Below the pieces are notes generated by a model. It was not told the DNA's origin, did no database searches, and saw only the letters and a list, made by a program, of their open reading frames with translations. A DNA stretch of 63,499 nt, filler included, from Methanobacteriota archaeon (GTDB lineage Archaea > JACRDV01), in assembly GCA_024860865.1 (NCBI GenBank). It is 8 parts of 8 records of this genome, joined end to end, with 100 filler letters (N's around TTAATTAATTAA, not from the genome) between each part and the next. Parts side by side here need not be neighbours in the genome. Positions count along the whole stretch, not along the records: positions 18,831 to 31,063 come from JACRDV010000127.1; positions 31,164 to 33,964 come from JACRDV010000021.1; positions 34,065 to 42,993 come from JACRDV010000128.1; 5 more parts are not named here. One strand, given 5' to 3'. Below, piece by piece: positions 30,921 to 40,680 of the stretch (the stretch's first letter is position 1; each line of letters starts with the position of its first letter). Both the position numbers and the translations under genes were made by a program.

Positions 30921-31063
30921 ATGAAGTTAATACTTATAATCGGAGATGGTATGTCCGACCGACCTGCCAAGGAGCTTGGCGGAAAAACACCCCTTCAAGT
31001 AGCTAATATACCAAATATGAATGAAGTTGCTCGCAAAGGGATTTGTGGTTTAATTGATCCAAT
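30921..31063 (+). CDS. apgM: Cofactor-independent phosphoglycerate mutase (N-terminal fragment)
   Basis: IIGDGMSDRP..ELGGKTPLQVA. Confidence 0.85.
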
Positions 31064-31163
31064 NNNNNNNNNNNNNNNNNNNNNNNNNNNNNNNNNNNNN
31101 NNNNNNNTTAATTAATTAANNNNNNNNNNNNNNNNNNNNNNNNNNNNNNNNNNNNNNNNNNNN
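31064..31163. other. Artificial contig spacer
   Basis: N-run/TTAATTAATTAA/N-run. Confidence 0.98.
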
Positions 31164-32092
31164 ATCAAAAGGTTGCGTTGGATTTTGCCGCGCAATCCAT
31201 CCCAAATGTGCTCGTATTCTACCTCATGATGAGCCAGTATATTTTCTATTGCTTTTTCTACATTTGACCAATCTTTGACATTTCTCGTTATATACCAAAG
31301 CTCATGGCATAGTTGTTGGGTAAAGTATGGATGCCCTCGAGTAAATTCAAGTATCTTATCTATCACTGTCTTCACAATATTACCCTTGCTTTCTCTAAAT
31401 TTTTGGGTAATAAATTCTTTGAAATCGTCATAGGGGATATTACCGAGTTCCATTGGTCGCGCAAATTTAAAGAGCGGTCGACTTTCCTCAGAGAAAATTT
31501 GATACAAAAGGTGACGCTTGCTGCCGGCGAAAATATATGCAACGTGCTTATGGCGTTCAAATCTTGACTTCATTAGTTTTTCGATCTTCACTCCGTCTAG
31601 GAGTGCTATCTCTTGGAATTCATCGAATGCTACAACTATTCTCTTGCCTTTTTTTTCTGCTACTCTTTCAGGAAAATCTAAAACCTCCTCAAGGCTTTGA
31701 ATTGAAATCTCTCTTGCTATCTGAAGCTTGATCTCGCCCTCAGGTGTGAACACAATACTCGGCCCTAGTTCTTTTAGAAATTCCAACAAACTTTTTATCT
31801 TTTCAAGCTTTGTATAAGTAGCTGCAACAACTTGCTCTACGGTTTTCCTTGCAAATGTTTCTTTGGAATCTACCCCATAGAGTTTCACGCAAACAGTGAC
31901 AGCTTTTCCCTTTAATCGCCTAAAAAGTTCCATTAACAGAGAAGTTTTTCCGAGTCGCCTTGGGGAATATAAAACTATACTTTTCCCTGATAAGACTTCT
32001 CTTTCTAGCTCTAGTAGCTCTGTTTTTCGATTAGTAAAATCTTCCCCGGTGACTTCAACTCCGTATTTGAATGGATTCTCCAAAATAATCAC
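31164..32092 (-). CDS. Archaeal AAA+ ATPase (3'-truncated)
   Basis: NPFKYG, SPRRLGKTS, FDEFQ, AGS, GHPYFTQ. Confidence 0.9.
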
Positions 32093-32533
32093 CTTACTTA
32101 TACCTTTATGTTAATTAACGTTTAAAAAAAATTAATTATACTTTTTTGTTAATTAACTTTAAGGTATACATAAATTTATTGAACCTTAAGGGTTAAAACT
32201 TCTCGCTCTCTTCATAAGCCATTTACCTGATAGGAAAGACCCAATCATGGCTTTCACATATCTTAACAGCTTACCAGAGTCTAGTAAAACGAAAAAAAGG
32301 TTTAACTAAAGACATAAAAGCCAAAAAATAAAGGGAAAGCGAGTTCCAATAATTGTGACGTTAAGATAGTGACTTCTGAGGAGGAAATCATGAATTTGCT
32401 AAGCTTGGATGCGATTGCCAACCTATTGGAAATGACAAGTGGTTGATGAAAAAGAATTTATAATATAAGGTTCGTTAAAAAATAAATAGGGAGAGGTGCA
32501 AGAACCCGTAAGATGTGACGGGAGGGCAGAAAA

Positions 32534-32788
32534 ATGGTTGAAGAAAAATTAGAAGATATTAAATTGCTTTTTGAGATAAATGAGAAGAATGAGGAGTGGC
32601 TTAACACCCATTACAAAGAATTTGAACAGAAACATGGAAGCAAGTTCCTCGCCATCAAAGACCAACGTGTCTTAGCTGTAGAGGATAAAATCGAAAAGCT
32701 ATTGGATTTTCTTGAAAAGAAAGGCGTTGACATTAATCAAGTTTTCATTACTTCCATTCCACCAAAGGGCGTAGCCTCAATTTTGTAG
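32534..32788 (+). CDS. DUF5678-like small protein
   Basis: WL..HY......GSKFLAIKD; paired with an aspartyl protease. Confidence 0.65.
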   Translation: MVEEKLEDIKLLFEINEKNEEWLNTHYKEFEQKHGSKFLAIKDQRVLAVEDKIEKLLDFLEKKGVDINQVFITSIPPKGVASIL

Positions 32789-32812
32789 TGGGGAGTTGTA
32801 CTGAAAATCCCC

Positions 32813-33262
32813 TTGAAGATACGTATGCGCTTCAATCAACCTATGCCATTTGCCTTTATTAGCATAAGAACTCTGAGATATCGTATTCGTCCAATGCCAC
32901 TTTGGGTTTTAGTAGATACCGGTAGTCCTTGGACATCGATAACTCCATATGATGCAATGATGCTAAAAATTCAAGAGCCATTAAAAAGAGCAACAGACTA
33001 TCCTGAAATTTTATTTGCAGGTCAAAAATTTTGGAGATTACTATTGACTGATGTAAGTTTGCGGTTGAAGGATGAAACGGAAAATGTGGTAGCTTTCGAT
33101 TTACCCTCTATCACTATTCTGAAGCCCACGAAAAAAATTTCTTCAGAAGAGTTTAAAGGGATACCTAGTGTTTTGGGGATCGATTTTATGAGTATGAAAG
33201 AGCTTTATTTGCACTTCAACCCAAATAAGGGTGAGGCATTTCTTGGCAAAATTGACCTTTAA
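32813..33262 (+). CDS. Retropepsin-like aspartyl protease
   Basis: LVDTGS, SVLGIDF. Confidence 0.8.
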   Translation: MKIRMRFNQPMPFAFISIRTLRYRIRPMPLWVLVDTGSPWTSITPYDAMMLKIQEPLKRATDYPEILFAGQKFWRLLLTDVSLRLKDETENVVAFDLPSITILKPTKKISSEEFKGIPSVLGIDFMSMKELYLHFNPNKGEAFLGKIDL

Positions 33263-33471
33263 GGTCCATTAAATAAATATTTATCGCTTTTTGAAAATTT
33301 TAAATATTGTTTTAAAAAATAACAAAAAATTTAAATAAAAGTAAAATTATCTCAGTTTAAGAAAAATTCTTTTTATGAATAACATCGGTTAAAGGTGAAA
33401 GGAAAAGAAGAAGAAAAATTATTGGAAGGGCTAACGGCAAATTTTTAAACACAAATATTTAATGATGAACT

Positions 33472-33964
33472 ATGATAAGAGCTGTTCTTTTGATTATAGG
33501 GGATGTGCAAGCAGCAGGCTATAGAGCATTTATAATGAAAGCTGCTCAAAAGTTTAGTTTAGAAGGTAATGCTGAAAACTTGCCGGACGGCAGAGTAAGG
33601 GCGATTTGCGAAGCAGAGAAAGAGCTCATTGATAAATTTATAGATTCAATAAAAATTAAGGATGAAATGGTAAATGTAGAATCGATTGAAATAAAATATG
33701 AAGCTCCCACTGGTGAGTTTAAGGGAAAAGGATTTACCGTAAAAGTTCCCGACTTCGGGTATGAGCTTTTCCAAGGTTTTGCAACTGCAGACAAATATTT
33801 CAAGACAATGTTCAAAAAACAAGATCAAACAATCGAAGAGATAAAGGTCTTTAGAAAAGAATCTTTAGAAAAACAAGATCAAACAATTGGAGAGATAAAG
33901 GCTCTGAGGCTTGATTTAAAATCTTACATAGAAGAGAAGTTTGCAAAAATTGAGCATGAAATAG
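33472..33964 (+). CDS. Acylphosphatase with coiled-coil extension (3'-truncated)
   Basis: GDVQAAGYR, ENLPDGRV, repeated KQDQTI. Confidence 0.8.
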
Positions 33965-34064
33965 NNNNNNNNNNNNNNNNNNNNNNNNNNNNNNNNNNNN
34001 NNNNNNNNTTAATTAATTAANNNNNNNNNNNNNNNNNNNNNNNNNNNNNNNNNNNNNNNNNNNN
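33965..34064. other. Artificial contig spacer
   Basis: N-run/TTAATTAATTAA/N-run. Confidence 0.98.
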
Positions 34065-34419
34065 CGAGTAGAATTTCCATTCATTAAAGAAAAGGCTAAT
34101 GTAGTAGATTATATTCTGAGACCATTTGCAAAAATTGTTTTGAATAGAGACATTCCAGAATGGTTCTATGTTGATTCAGGCGCTGATATAACTCTAATTC
34201 CAAGAAGAGGAAATAAAAGAGATTAGAGGAATAGGAGATAGCAAAGTTCCTTATGTGGTTCGAAAGGTTATTATGAAGATTGGAGAAAAGGAGTTTGAAG
34301 CAAGAGTCGCTTGGAGTTTGATATAATATTTTCCTCTTGTCCTTGGTGGACTAGATATATTCGATAAGTTCGATATCCTCTTTAAAGAAAGGGAAGAAAA
34401 AGTCGTTTTTATGGATTAA
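34065..34419 (+). pseudogene. Degraded retropepsin-like aspartyl protease
   Basis: VDSGADITLIP, then frameshift to IRGIG...ARVAWS, in-frame TAA, LG.LDIFDKF. Confidence 0.7.
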
Positions 34420-34552
34420 TATTCAAGTCAACAGCTCGAATGCATTTTTTTGAAAACAAGGGATTTATTCTGAATTCAATTTTGATTCTAAATGTAATAC
34501 TGCGCTTCCTTGAGCTTGATTAAAAAACTTTTAAAGTTTTTAAGGAGATAAA

Positions 34553-34954
34553 ATGACTAAAATTATCGAAATTTCAACTAAAAGTGAATTTGAATTGGTT
34601 AACATAACAGACCAAATTGAAAAGATTGTAAGAGAAGCTAAAGTTTCAGATGGGGTAGCTGTTGTATTTACAAAACATACCACTGGTGCTGTAATTATCA
34701 ACGAAAATGAAGCAGGATTGCTCGAAGATATCGAAAATTTGCTTAAAAAATTGGTTCCAAAAGGAGTAGGCTACAAACATGATAGAATTGATGTAAATGC
34801 TCATTCCCATTTAAAAGGGATTTTACTCGGATCCAGCCAAAATATACCTATTGCTCATGGCGAACTGCAGCTAGGGACTTGGCAGCGAGTATTTTTTGTG
34901 GAACTTGATGGTCCAAGGCAGAGAAATGTTCTGATTACAGTTATAGGCAAGTGA
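34553..34954 (+). CDS. YjbQ (UPF0047) family protein
   Basis: HTTGA..INENE, NAHSHL, LGTWQ, ELDGPR. Confidence 0.93.
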   Translation: MTKIIEISTKSEFELVNITDQIEKIVREAKVSDGVAVVFTKHTTGAVIINENEAGLLEDIENLLKKLVPKGVGYKHDRIDVNAHSHLKGILLGSSQNIPIAHGELQLGTWQRVFFVELDGPRQRNVLITVIGK

Positions 34955-34995
34955 CCTCCTTCCAACGCTAAATAAAGGATTGGGCATCCACCACT

Positions 34996-35214
34996 TTATG
35001 CAACTTTTTTCTTTTTTAACTGCTCTATCAACTTTTCTTTCTTTTTGGGATTGTGAATCCAAACCTTGACTTCTCTCCAAACATCTGGGCAGTCTGCTTT
35101 CTCTTTGCCCATAATTTCACGGATTTTTTTATCCAGCACTTTCCTATTTTCTTTTGTATTTTTTATTCCTACACTTTTAAGAATGTCCGAAAGGTGCCTG
35201 GTATAGCAGGACAT
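34996..35214 (-). CDS. Conserved small hypothetical protein
   Basis: MSCY.RHL...CPDVW.EVK; GAGG SD. Confidence 0.7.
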   Translation of the reverse strand: MSCYTRHLSDILKSVGIKNTKENRKVLDKKIREIMGKEKADCPDVWREVKVWIHNPKKKEKLIEQLKKKKVA

Positions 35215-35261
35215 AAGAAATTCCTCCTCTTGAATTCTCTAAAAATTATATTTTTTAAACC

Positions 35262-35864
35262 TCAGATTTCCCTAAATTTTTTTATTTGTTCATAAATTTC
35301 TTGCGTGTAGAATGTAAATGCAGAACCAACGCATATTAAAACCATTGAAATGTAAAATACCATCAAATGAATTGTAGCAGTTCTTAGGGCAACAAAATTT
35401 AGTATGAAAACTATTATACCTAAGTGAATCATAGAAGAACCTATTTGGGTAAGATAACCTCTTTTTTCGTATTTTAATTCAAATTTAAGCAGAGTAAGGA
35501 TTAAAACTGCAGTTTGGATTGGCAACATGATAACCAATAGGACTAGAAGTCCTTCTACATATGTAAATAAGATTGAAATTATTCCAAAGATTCCAATTAA
35601 TACCAGAGCAGTTATATTAAGGATATTTCTCGGAAAAACTCGTTTGGGAATGCATAAGCTTAGAAGAATTAAAAGTGCTACTACAATAGGTGTTGCAATT
35701 TTATTCATAGTTGAAACATAATTAGAATACTCTTTTGAATATTCCCAGTTAGGAATGTTCTTTGCGCTCTCGTATGCGTAGATTATTCCAAAAAGGCATG
35801 CGAAACCGAGAATTGCTAACACAATTACTGTGCCTATTACAATTATAAAATCATAGTTTCTCAT
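35262..35864 (-). CDS. Multi-pass membrane protein downstream of the ccsA-like gene
   Basis: Hydrophobic ORF starting MRNYDF just after the upstream stop; LCIPKR, IHLG. Confidence 0.7.
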   Translation of the reverse strand: MRNYDFIIVIGTVIVLAILGFACLFGIIYAYESAKNIPNWEYSKEYSNYVSTMNKIATPIVVALLILLSLCIPKRVFPRNILNITALVLIGIFGIISILFTYVEGLLVLLVIMLPIQTAVLILTLLKFELKYEKRGYLTQIGSSMIHLGIIVFILNFVALRTATIHLMVFYISMVLICVGSAFTFYTQEIYEQIKKFREI

Positions 35865-35869
35865 GTAAA

Positions 35870-36868
35870 TTACCTGTATGCATGTGCTCCCACACCAAGA
35901 TAAGTTACAAGGTAAGTGAAAATTAAAGTTATAAAACAAATAATTCCTAGGTATGCAGTTAAATTCCAAATTTTCTTTTCTCTGACATATATTCGCAAGT
36001 GCAAAAAAGAGGTGTACAGGATCCACATCAAGATTGATGCATTAATTTTTGGTGCCCACCACCAAGGCTCATTTTGCCAAGCTACAACTGCCCAAGGATA
36101 TCCTATAAGTATTCCAAATGTTAACGGCAAATAGCCAATTTTTGTGATAGAGTATGCTAGATTTTCATAAGTATCATCTTTTTTCAGCAACATGAATATG
36201 CATGCAAGAAATGTAACAGTAAATGCAGCATAAGAAAAGAATAGAAGAGGCGGATGTATCCACATATAGCTTGTATTGTAATAATAGACCATTCTACCAT
36301 ACATTGATTCGAACAATTGTGCTAACACATACCAGTGAGCTAATTGGCCAGTTTTGAGTGCTGCTAAAGCAGAATTCCAAAGCGAAATTTCTTCATGGAA
36401 TTGGCTTAAAGGAGATTTAAATGGATTTGAGAAGAAAAAACAAACAAATACGTATACTCCAAAGATTAGATTTAAAGAAACATTAAACTCTCTCATTTCT
36501 CTTTTGGATTTCCAAATCAATATCATAATAATTGCAAAGCAAAACATCCAAAAGTAAAGTTTTTCTTCGTTTATCCAAAGCGGGATCCAATATTTTCCAA
36601 CTATTTCATTTGAAAAAGGATCCTGAAGATCAATAGTTTGATGAATTTTAATGTGAAAATAAATTAAGAGAATGAAACCAATTGTAAGGAGAAAAACACA
36701 CGCCAAACTGATAAGAAAAGACATTTTTTCATACCTTTCTTCTTTCTTGTAAAGGTAGAGCACTGACAGCACACAAGAGATCAGAGCCAGTAGAAATACC
36801 GTTGTAAATAGTGGTTCTCCGAGGAACTGAACAGTATTTCTAGCAGACAAATAAGCAGAAAAGTCCAT
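35870..36868 (-). CDS. Cytochrome c biogenesis CcsA/CcmF-like protein
   Basis: IHPPLLF, G..WA..AW...WWWAPK, FLH heme-handling motifs. Confidence 0.8.
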   Translation of the reverse strand: MDFSAYLSARNTVQFLGEPLFTTVFLLALISCVLSVLYLYKKEERYEKMSFLISLACVFLLTIGFILLIYFHIKIHQTIDLQDPFSNEIVGKYWIPLWINEEKLYFWMFCFAIIMILIWKSKREMREFNVSLNLIFGVYVFVCFFFSNPFKSPLSQFHEEISLWNSALAALKTGQLAHWYVLAQLFESMYGRMVYYYNTSYMWIHPPLLFFSYAAFTVTFLACIFMLLKKDDTYENLAYSITKIGYLPLTFGILIGYPWAVVAWQNEPWWWAPKINASILMWILYTSFLHLRIYVREKKIWNLTAYLGIICFITLIFTYLVTYLGVGAHAYR

Positions 36869-36951
36869 ATGTTCTAATTAAGCTTGTATTTAATAATTTA
36901 ATTGTTAAAAAATTATCTCTTAAACTGCATTAGTATTAAGGAAGTGAGTTT

Positions 36952-37434
36952 ATGGAAATAAAAACTGTGAAAATTGATGCGCCTAAAGATTGCAATACCA
37001 TAATTGGTATGGCGCATTTCATAAAATCAGTGGAGGACTTATACGAAGCATTAGTAAATTCTGTTCCAAACATTAAATTCGGTATTGCCTTTTGTGAATC
37101 CAGCGGACCATGTCTTGTCAGACATGTTGGAAATGACAACGAACTTGAAAAAGCTGCAGCTGTAAATGCTTTCGAAATCGCAGCAGGTCACAGTTTTATA
37201 ATTTTCATTAGAAATGCCTATCCTATCAATATTTTGAATGCAATAAAAATGGTTCCAGAAGTTTGTTCAATCTATTGCGCAACTAGTAATCCAGTTCAGG
37301 TAATTGTTGCTGAAGCTGAACTGGGCAACAGCATATTAGGAGTTATTGATGGTTTAAAATCCAAAGGGATAGAAAAAGACGCAGACATTAAAGAAAGGAA
37401 GGAATTTCTTAGAAAAATTGGTTACAAACTCTAG
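36952..37434 (+). CDS. Adenosine-specific kinase-like protein (DUF355)
   Basis: HFIKSVEDLYE, FGIAFCESSG, RKIGYKL. Confidence 0.88.
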   Translation: MEIKTVKIDAPKDCNTIIGMAHFIKSVEDLYEALVNSVPNIKFGIAFCESSGPCLVRHVGNDNELEKAAAVNAFEIAAGHSFIIFIRNAYPINILNAIKMVPEVCSIYCATSNPVQVIVAEAELGNSILGVIDGLKSKGIEKDADIKERKEFLRKIGYKL

Positions 37435-37599
37435 TAAATCAAACTCAAAACAAAAATAGCTTAAAATTAATTTGTCAACGTTGTAACAAAATTCAACTAC
37501 TTACATTTTTAAAAGCTAGAGAAGTTTTAAACCAAATGATACAACAAACAAATTTGCTATTAAAATAACAAACCAATAAATGGAAATGAGGAACAACAG

Positions 37600-38790
37600 T
37601 TGAAAACAATTCGCGATCCAATACACGGTGACATAAGAGTTACAGAACTTGAACTTGAATTAGTAGATACCCGTTCACTTCAAAAACTTAGAAGAGTCAA
37701 ACAGTTGGGAACAACCCACCTTGCATATCCAGGGGCTAACCACACAAGATTTGAACACTCCATTGGAGCTGCACACTTAGCTTTTCTCATCGCGCAAAAT
37801 TTGAAGTTAAATGAACAAGAAACAAATGAAGTGTGTGTAGCTGCTTTATTGCATGACATAGGTCATGGGCCACTTTCTCATTCAACTGAAGAAGTGCTTG
37901 AGAAGTATACTGGCTATAAACATGAAGACTATACTCAAAAATTAATTAAAGAATCTGAATTGTCGGACATTCTAAGGGAGTATGGTATTGATCCAAATAC
38001 AATCATCAAACTAATTATGGGAGAGGACAAAACTTATCGTGGAAGAATAATTACAAGTGAAATTGATGTTGATAGAATGGATTATCTTGTGAGAGATGCT
38101 CACTATACTGGAGTCGCATATGGAGTTATTGATTTAGAAAGATTAATTCATACACTTGAGATTAAAAATAATTCATTAGTTGTTACAGAGAGGGGTCTTC
38201 ATGCAGCCGAAGCTCTGCTAGTTGCCAGATTTTTAATGGGTCCAACAGTTTACAACCATCACGTAAAGCGAATCGCGGATTCAATGTTGTTGAGAGCAAT
38301 AGACCGAGCGATTGAAGAAAAATTAATCGACCCAAAAGAATTGCACACAATGGATGACATCGAATTTTTCAGTGCCCTAAGAGATTCAACTGGTTATGTT
38401 AATGATATAGTAAATCGTATCGACAATCGCCGATTATTTAAAAAAGCTCTTATAAAAGGCTACAATGAGTTGTCTGAGCGCACTCAACAAAAATTGCTTG
38501 AGTTGAAGGAAAATTGGAGAACATTACAAAAAATTGAAAATGAATTGGCTGAGAGTGTTAAATTGAATCCAGGCTATGTTTTAATTGATATTCCACGGAA
38601 ACCATATTTTGAAGAAGCTAGCGCTTTGATAGCTATCGATGATAGAGTTGTCTCACTAAATGAAGTTTCGCCATTGGTTAGTGTTTTAATTAATGCTCAA
38701 CAACTTCAATGGACTATTGGGATTTATTCGCCAAAGGAGAAAGTTGATCATGTTAAAATCATCGCTGAAAAATTTTTGTCATCAGTTTAA
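37600..38790 (+). CDS. HD-domain phosphohydrolase (SAMHD1/dGTPase-like)
   Basis: HTRFEHS, LLHDIGHGP.SH, DVDRMDYL.RD. Confidence 0.92.
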   Translation: MKTIRDPIHGDIRVTELELELVDTRSLQKLRRVKQLGTTHLAYPGANHTRFEHSIGAAHLAFLIAQNLKLNEQETNEVCVAALLHDIGHGPLSHSTEEVLEKYTGYKHEDYTQKLIKESELSDILREYGIDPNTIIKLIMGEDKTYRGRIITSEIDVDRMDYLVRDAHYTGVAYGVIDLERLIHTLEIKNNSLVVTERGLHAAEALLVARFLMGPTVYNHHVKRIADSMLLRAIDRAIEEKLIDPKELHTMDDIEFFSALRDSTGYVNDIVNRIDNRRLFKKALIKGYNELSERTQQKLLELKENWRTLQKIENELAESVKLNPGYVLIDIPRKPYFEEASALIAIDDRVVSLNEVSPLVSVLINAQQLQWTIGIYSPKEKVDHVKIIAEKFLSSV

Positions 38791-38794
38791 TCCT

Positions 38795-39313
38795 TTAATC
38801 TTTTGTATTTGATTCAAGACTCATTATGCTAGATTTTTCTATTTGATTTTTTAGTTTCTTGCGATAGTAAACTCTATGGCCCCTTCGTTCTTTTTCAACT
38901 TCATTTGCTTCAGCCAGTTCATTGAGCAATGATGAAACATAACTTCTCTCTTTGCCAATTTTATTTGCAATTTCTTCTGCAGATGCTTCAGAAAAAACTG
39001 TTTCTAACTGTTGAATAATTTCATAATGTGCACTGGTTAATTGAATTTCTTTTCTCATTGATTGATTCAAAATATTTGTCGCTTCTTTAAGTTGTGTTTC
39101 AACATCAGCTAAAACTTTAATCGCTTCAACTTTTTGTTCAATGTTATCTAATTTTTTAGAGGAATCAAGTAGTGCTGCAAGTTTTTGATTGATATCGATC
39201 AATTGGTTGCAAACATTTTGCAAAGTGGAATTTTGAGTTTGAAGTTGTTCAATTATTTCCACGTGATCTTCCTTTCCAATCCAACGAGCAAACCAACCCA
39301 TAAGTGTCACCAA
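38795..39313 (-). CDS. Coiled-coil plus winged-helix DNA-binding protein
   Basis: SAEEIANKIGKERSYVSSLLNEL...RRGHRVYY. Confidence 0.75.
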   Translation of the reverse strand: MVTLMGWFARWIGKEDHVEIIEQLQTQNSTLQNVCNQLIDINQKLAALLDSSKKLDNIEQKVEAIKVLADVETQLKEATNILNQSMRKEIQLTSAHYEIIQQLETVFSEASAEEIANKIGKERSYVSSLLNELAEANEVEKERRGHRVYYRKKLKNQIEKSSIMSLESNTKD

Positions 39314-39500
39314 CAGTTCATAAACTGTTTTTCAACTGTTAATGAGTGGCCAACAGTTGTCCAACTGTTGGATGCATACTTAATTTCAAGCCCTAATATT
39401 TAAGCTTAAGTCAGACAAACGACGGACAAGGTTCCATTTCTGTTGAAAACAGTTTATATGTTCCAGTGGAAGAAAAGGGGTTGTCTGCTAATTGTCTGAC
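39312..39500. promoter_or_regulatory. Divergent intergenic region with AAC(A/T)GTT repeats and an ORB-like box
   Basis: Heptamers at 39312, 39323, 39334, 39352, 39363, 39448; GTTCCAGTGGAAGAAAAGGGG at 39460-39480. Confidence 0.6.
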
Positions 39501-39553
39501 GTTAAAGCTTTATGCTTTGATGAAGTAATGCTTAGGTAAAGATACCACTCCCC

Positions 39554-39955
39554 GTGTCCGAAGGATATAAAATGCTTCCTGAAACATTGCCAATTGATAA
39601 AGAAGACCAAATTATGAGAAACATTACTAATTTAACAAAAACTCAGCTTCGCATACTTGAAAGTCATTTCGTTTTTACCATGGAAAATGGCCCACCGAGA
39701 ACGGATAAAGACTGGGCTAAAATTGCAGAGCGTGCAGGAATTTCAAGTAAAAACCTGAAGTTTAAAGCGAATGCTGCACGAAATCGCTTTACTCGAGCAA
39801 AAAAGAACCTCGAAATGTGTTTTAATACAATTGTTTTAGCAAGTGCATTTAACATCTGTAACCCCCAGATGGATCTACAATCTGCTGTAGATCGATTGCT
39901 AAAAGAAATACCTTCATTTGAAAATAAATTGCTGGGGTTTATGGATAAAAAGTGA
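39554..39955 (+). CDS. Hypothetical protein, possible HTH
   Basis: WAKIAERAGIS...RNRFTRAKK. Confidence 0.6.
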   Translation: MSEGYKMLPETLPIDKEDQIMRNITNLTKTQLRILESHFVFTMENGPPRTDKDWAKIAERAGISSKNLKFKANAARNRFTRAKKNLEMCFNTIVLASAFNICNPQMDLQSAVDRLLKEIPSFENKLLGFMDKK

Positions 39956-40092
39956 ATATAATCTTTTTCGTTTTCTATGATAAGTTAAAAAAATAAATGA
40001 AATTTTTTAATTTATTTTCTGAACATATTCATTTATTTCTTGTTTCAGCTTAACTATATAAATTGGGTTCAATATTATCTTGGCTGAGGAAA

Positions 40093-40680
40093 ATGTCATT
40101 AATTGTTGCAATTACAGGAGCAAGTGGAGTTATTTATGGCATTCGATTACTTGAAGTCTTAAACCAAAAGAGAATTGAAACTCATTTGATAGTTTCTAAT
40201 ATAGCTTCAAAATTAATCGAATATGAAACTGGAAAAACTATTTCTAAAATTAAAAAATTAGCAAGTAAAATTTACGATGTAAATGATCTGGCTGCTCTGC
40301 CTTCGACCGGCTCATTTAAAGTTGATGGAATGGTAATTATTCCCTGTAGTTTTAAAACATTATCTGCAATTGCACATGGTTATGCCGATAATTTAATTAC
40401 AAGAGCAGCAGATGTTATGCTTAAACAAAGCAGGCCTCTAATTTTAGTTCCAAGAGAAACACCATTAAATTTAATCCATTTAGAAAATCTTGTCCAAGCA
40501 AAAAAAGCCGGTGCAATTATTTTGCCAGCTATGCCAGCATTTTATTTCAGACCTAAGTCAATTGATGCTATGGTCGATTTTATAGTTGGAAAAGTGCTTG
40601 AAATATTAAATATTCCACATGATCTTTATCAACCGTGGAGAGGAAAAATTGAGCATAAGGACATTTCTCCGGGAGCTTGA
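40093..40680 (+). CDS. ubiX: Flavin prenyltransferase
   Basis: AITGASG, PCSFKTL, NLITRAADV, PRETP, PAMPAFY. Confidence 0.94.
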   Translation: MSLIVAITGASGVIYGIRLLEVLNQKRIETHLIVSNIASKLIEYETGKTISKIKKLASKIYDVNDLAALPSTGSFKVDGMVIIPCSFKTLSAIAHGYADNLITRAADVMLKQSRPLILVPRETPLNLIHLENLVQAKKAGAIILPAMPAFYFRPKSIDAMVDFIVGKVLEILNIPHDLYQPWRGKIEHKDISPGA

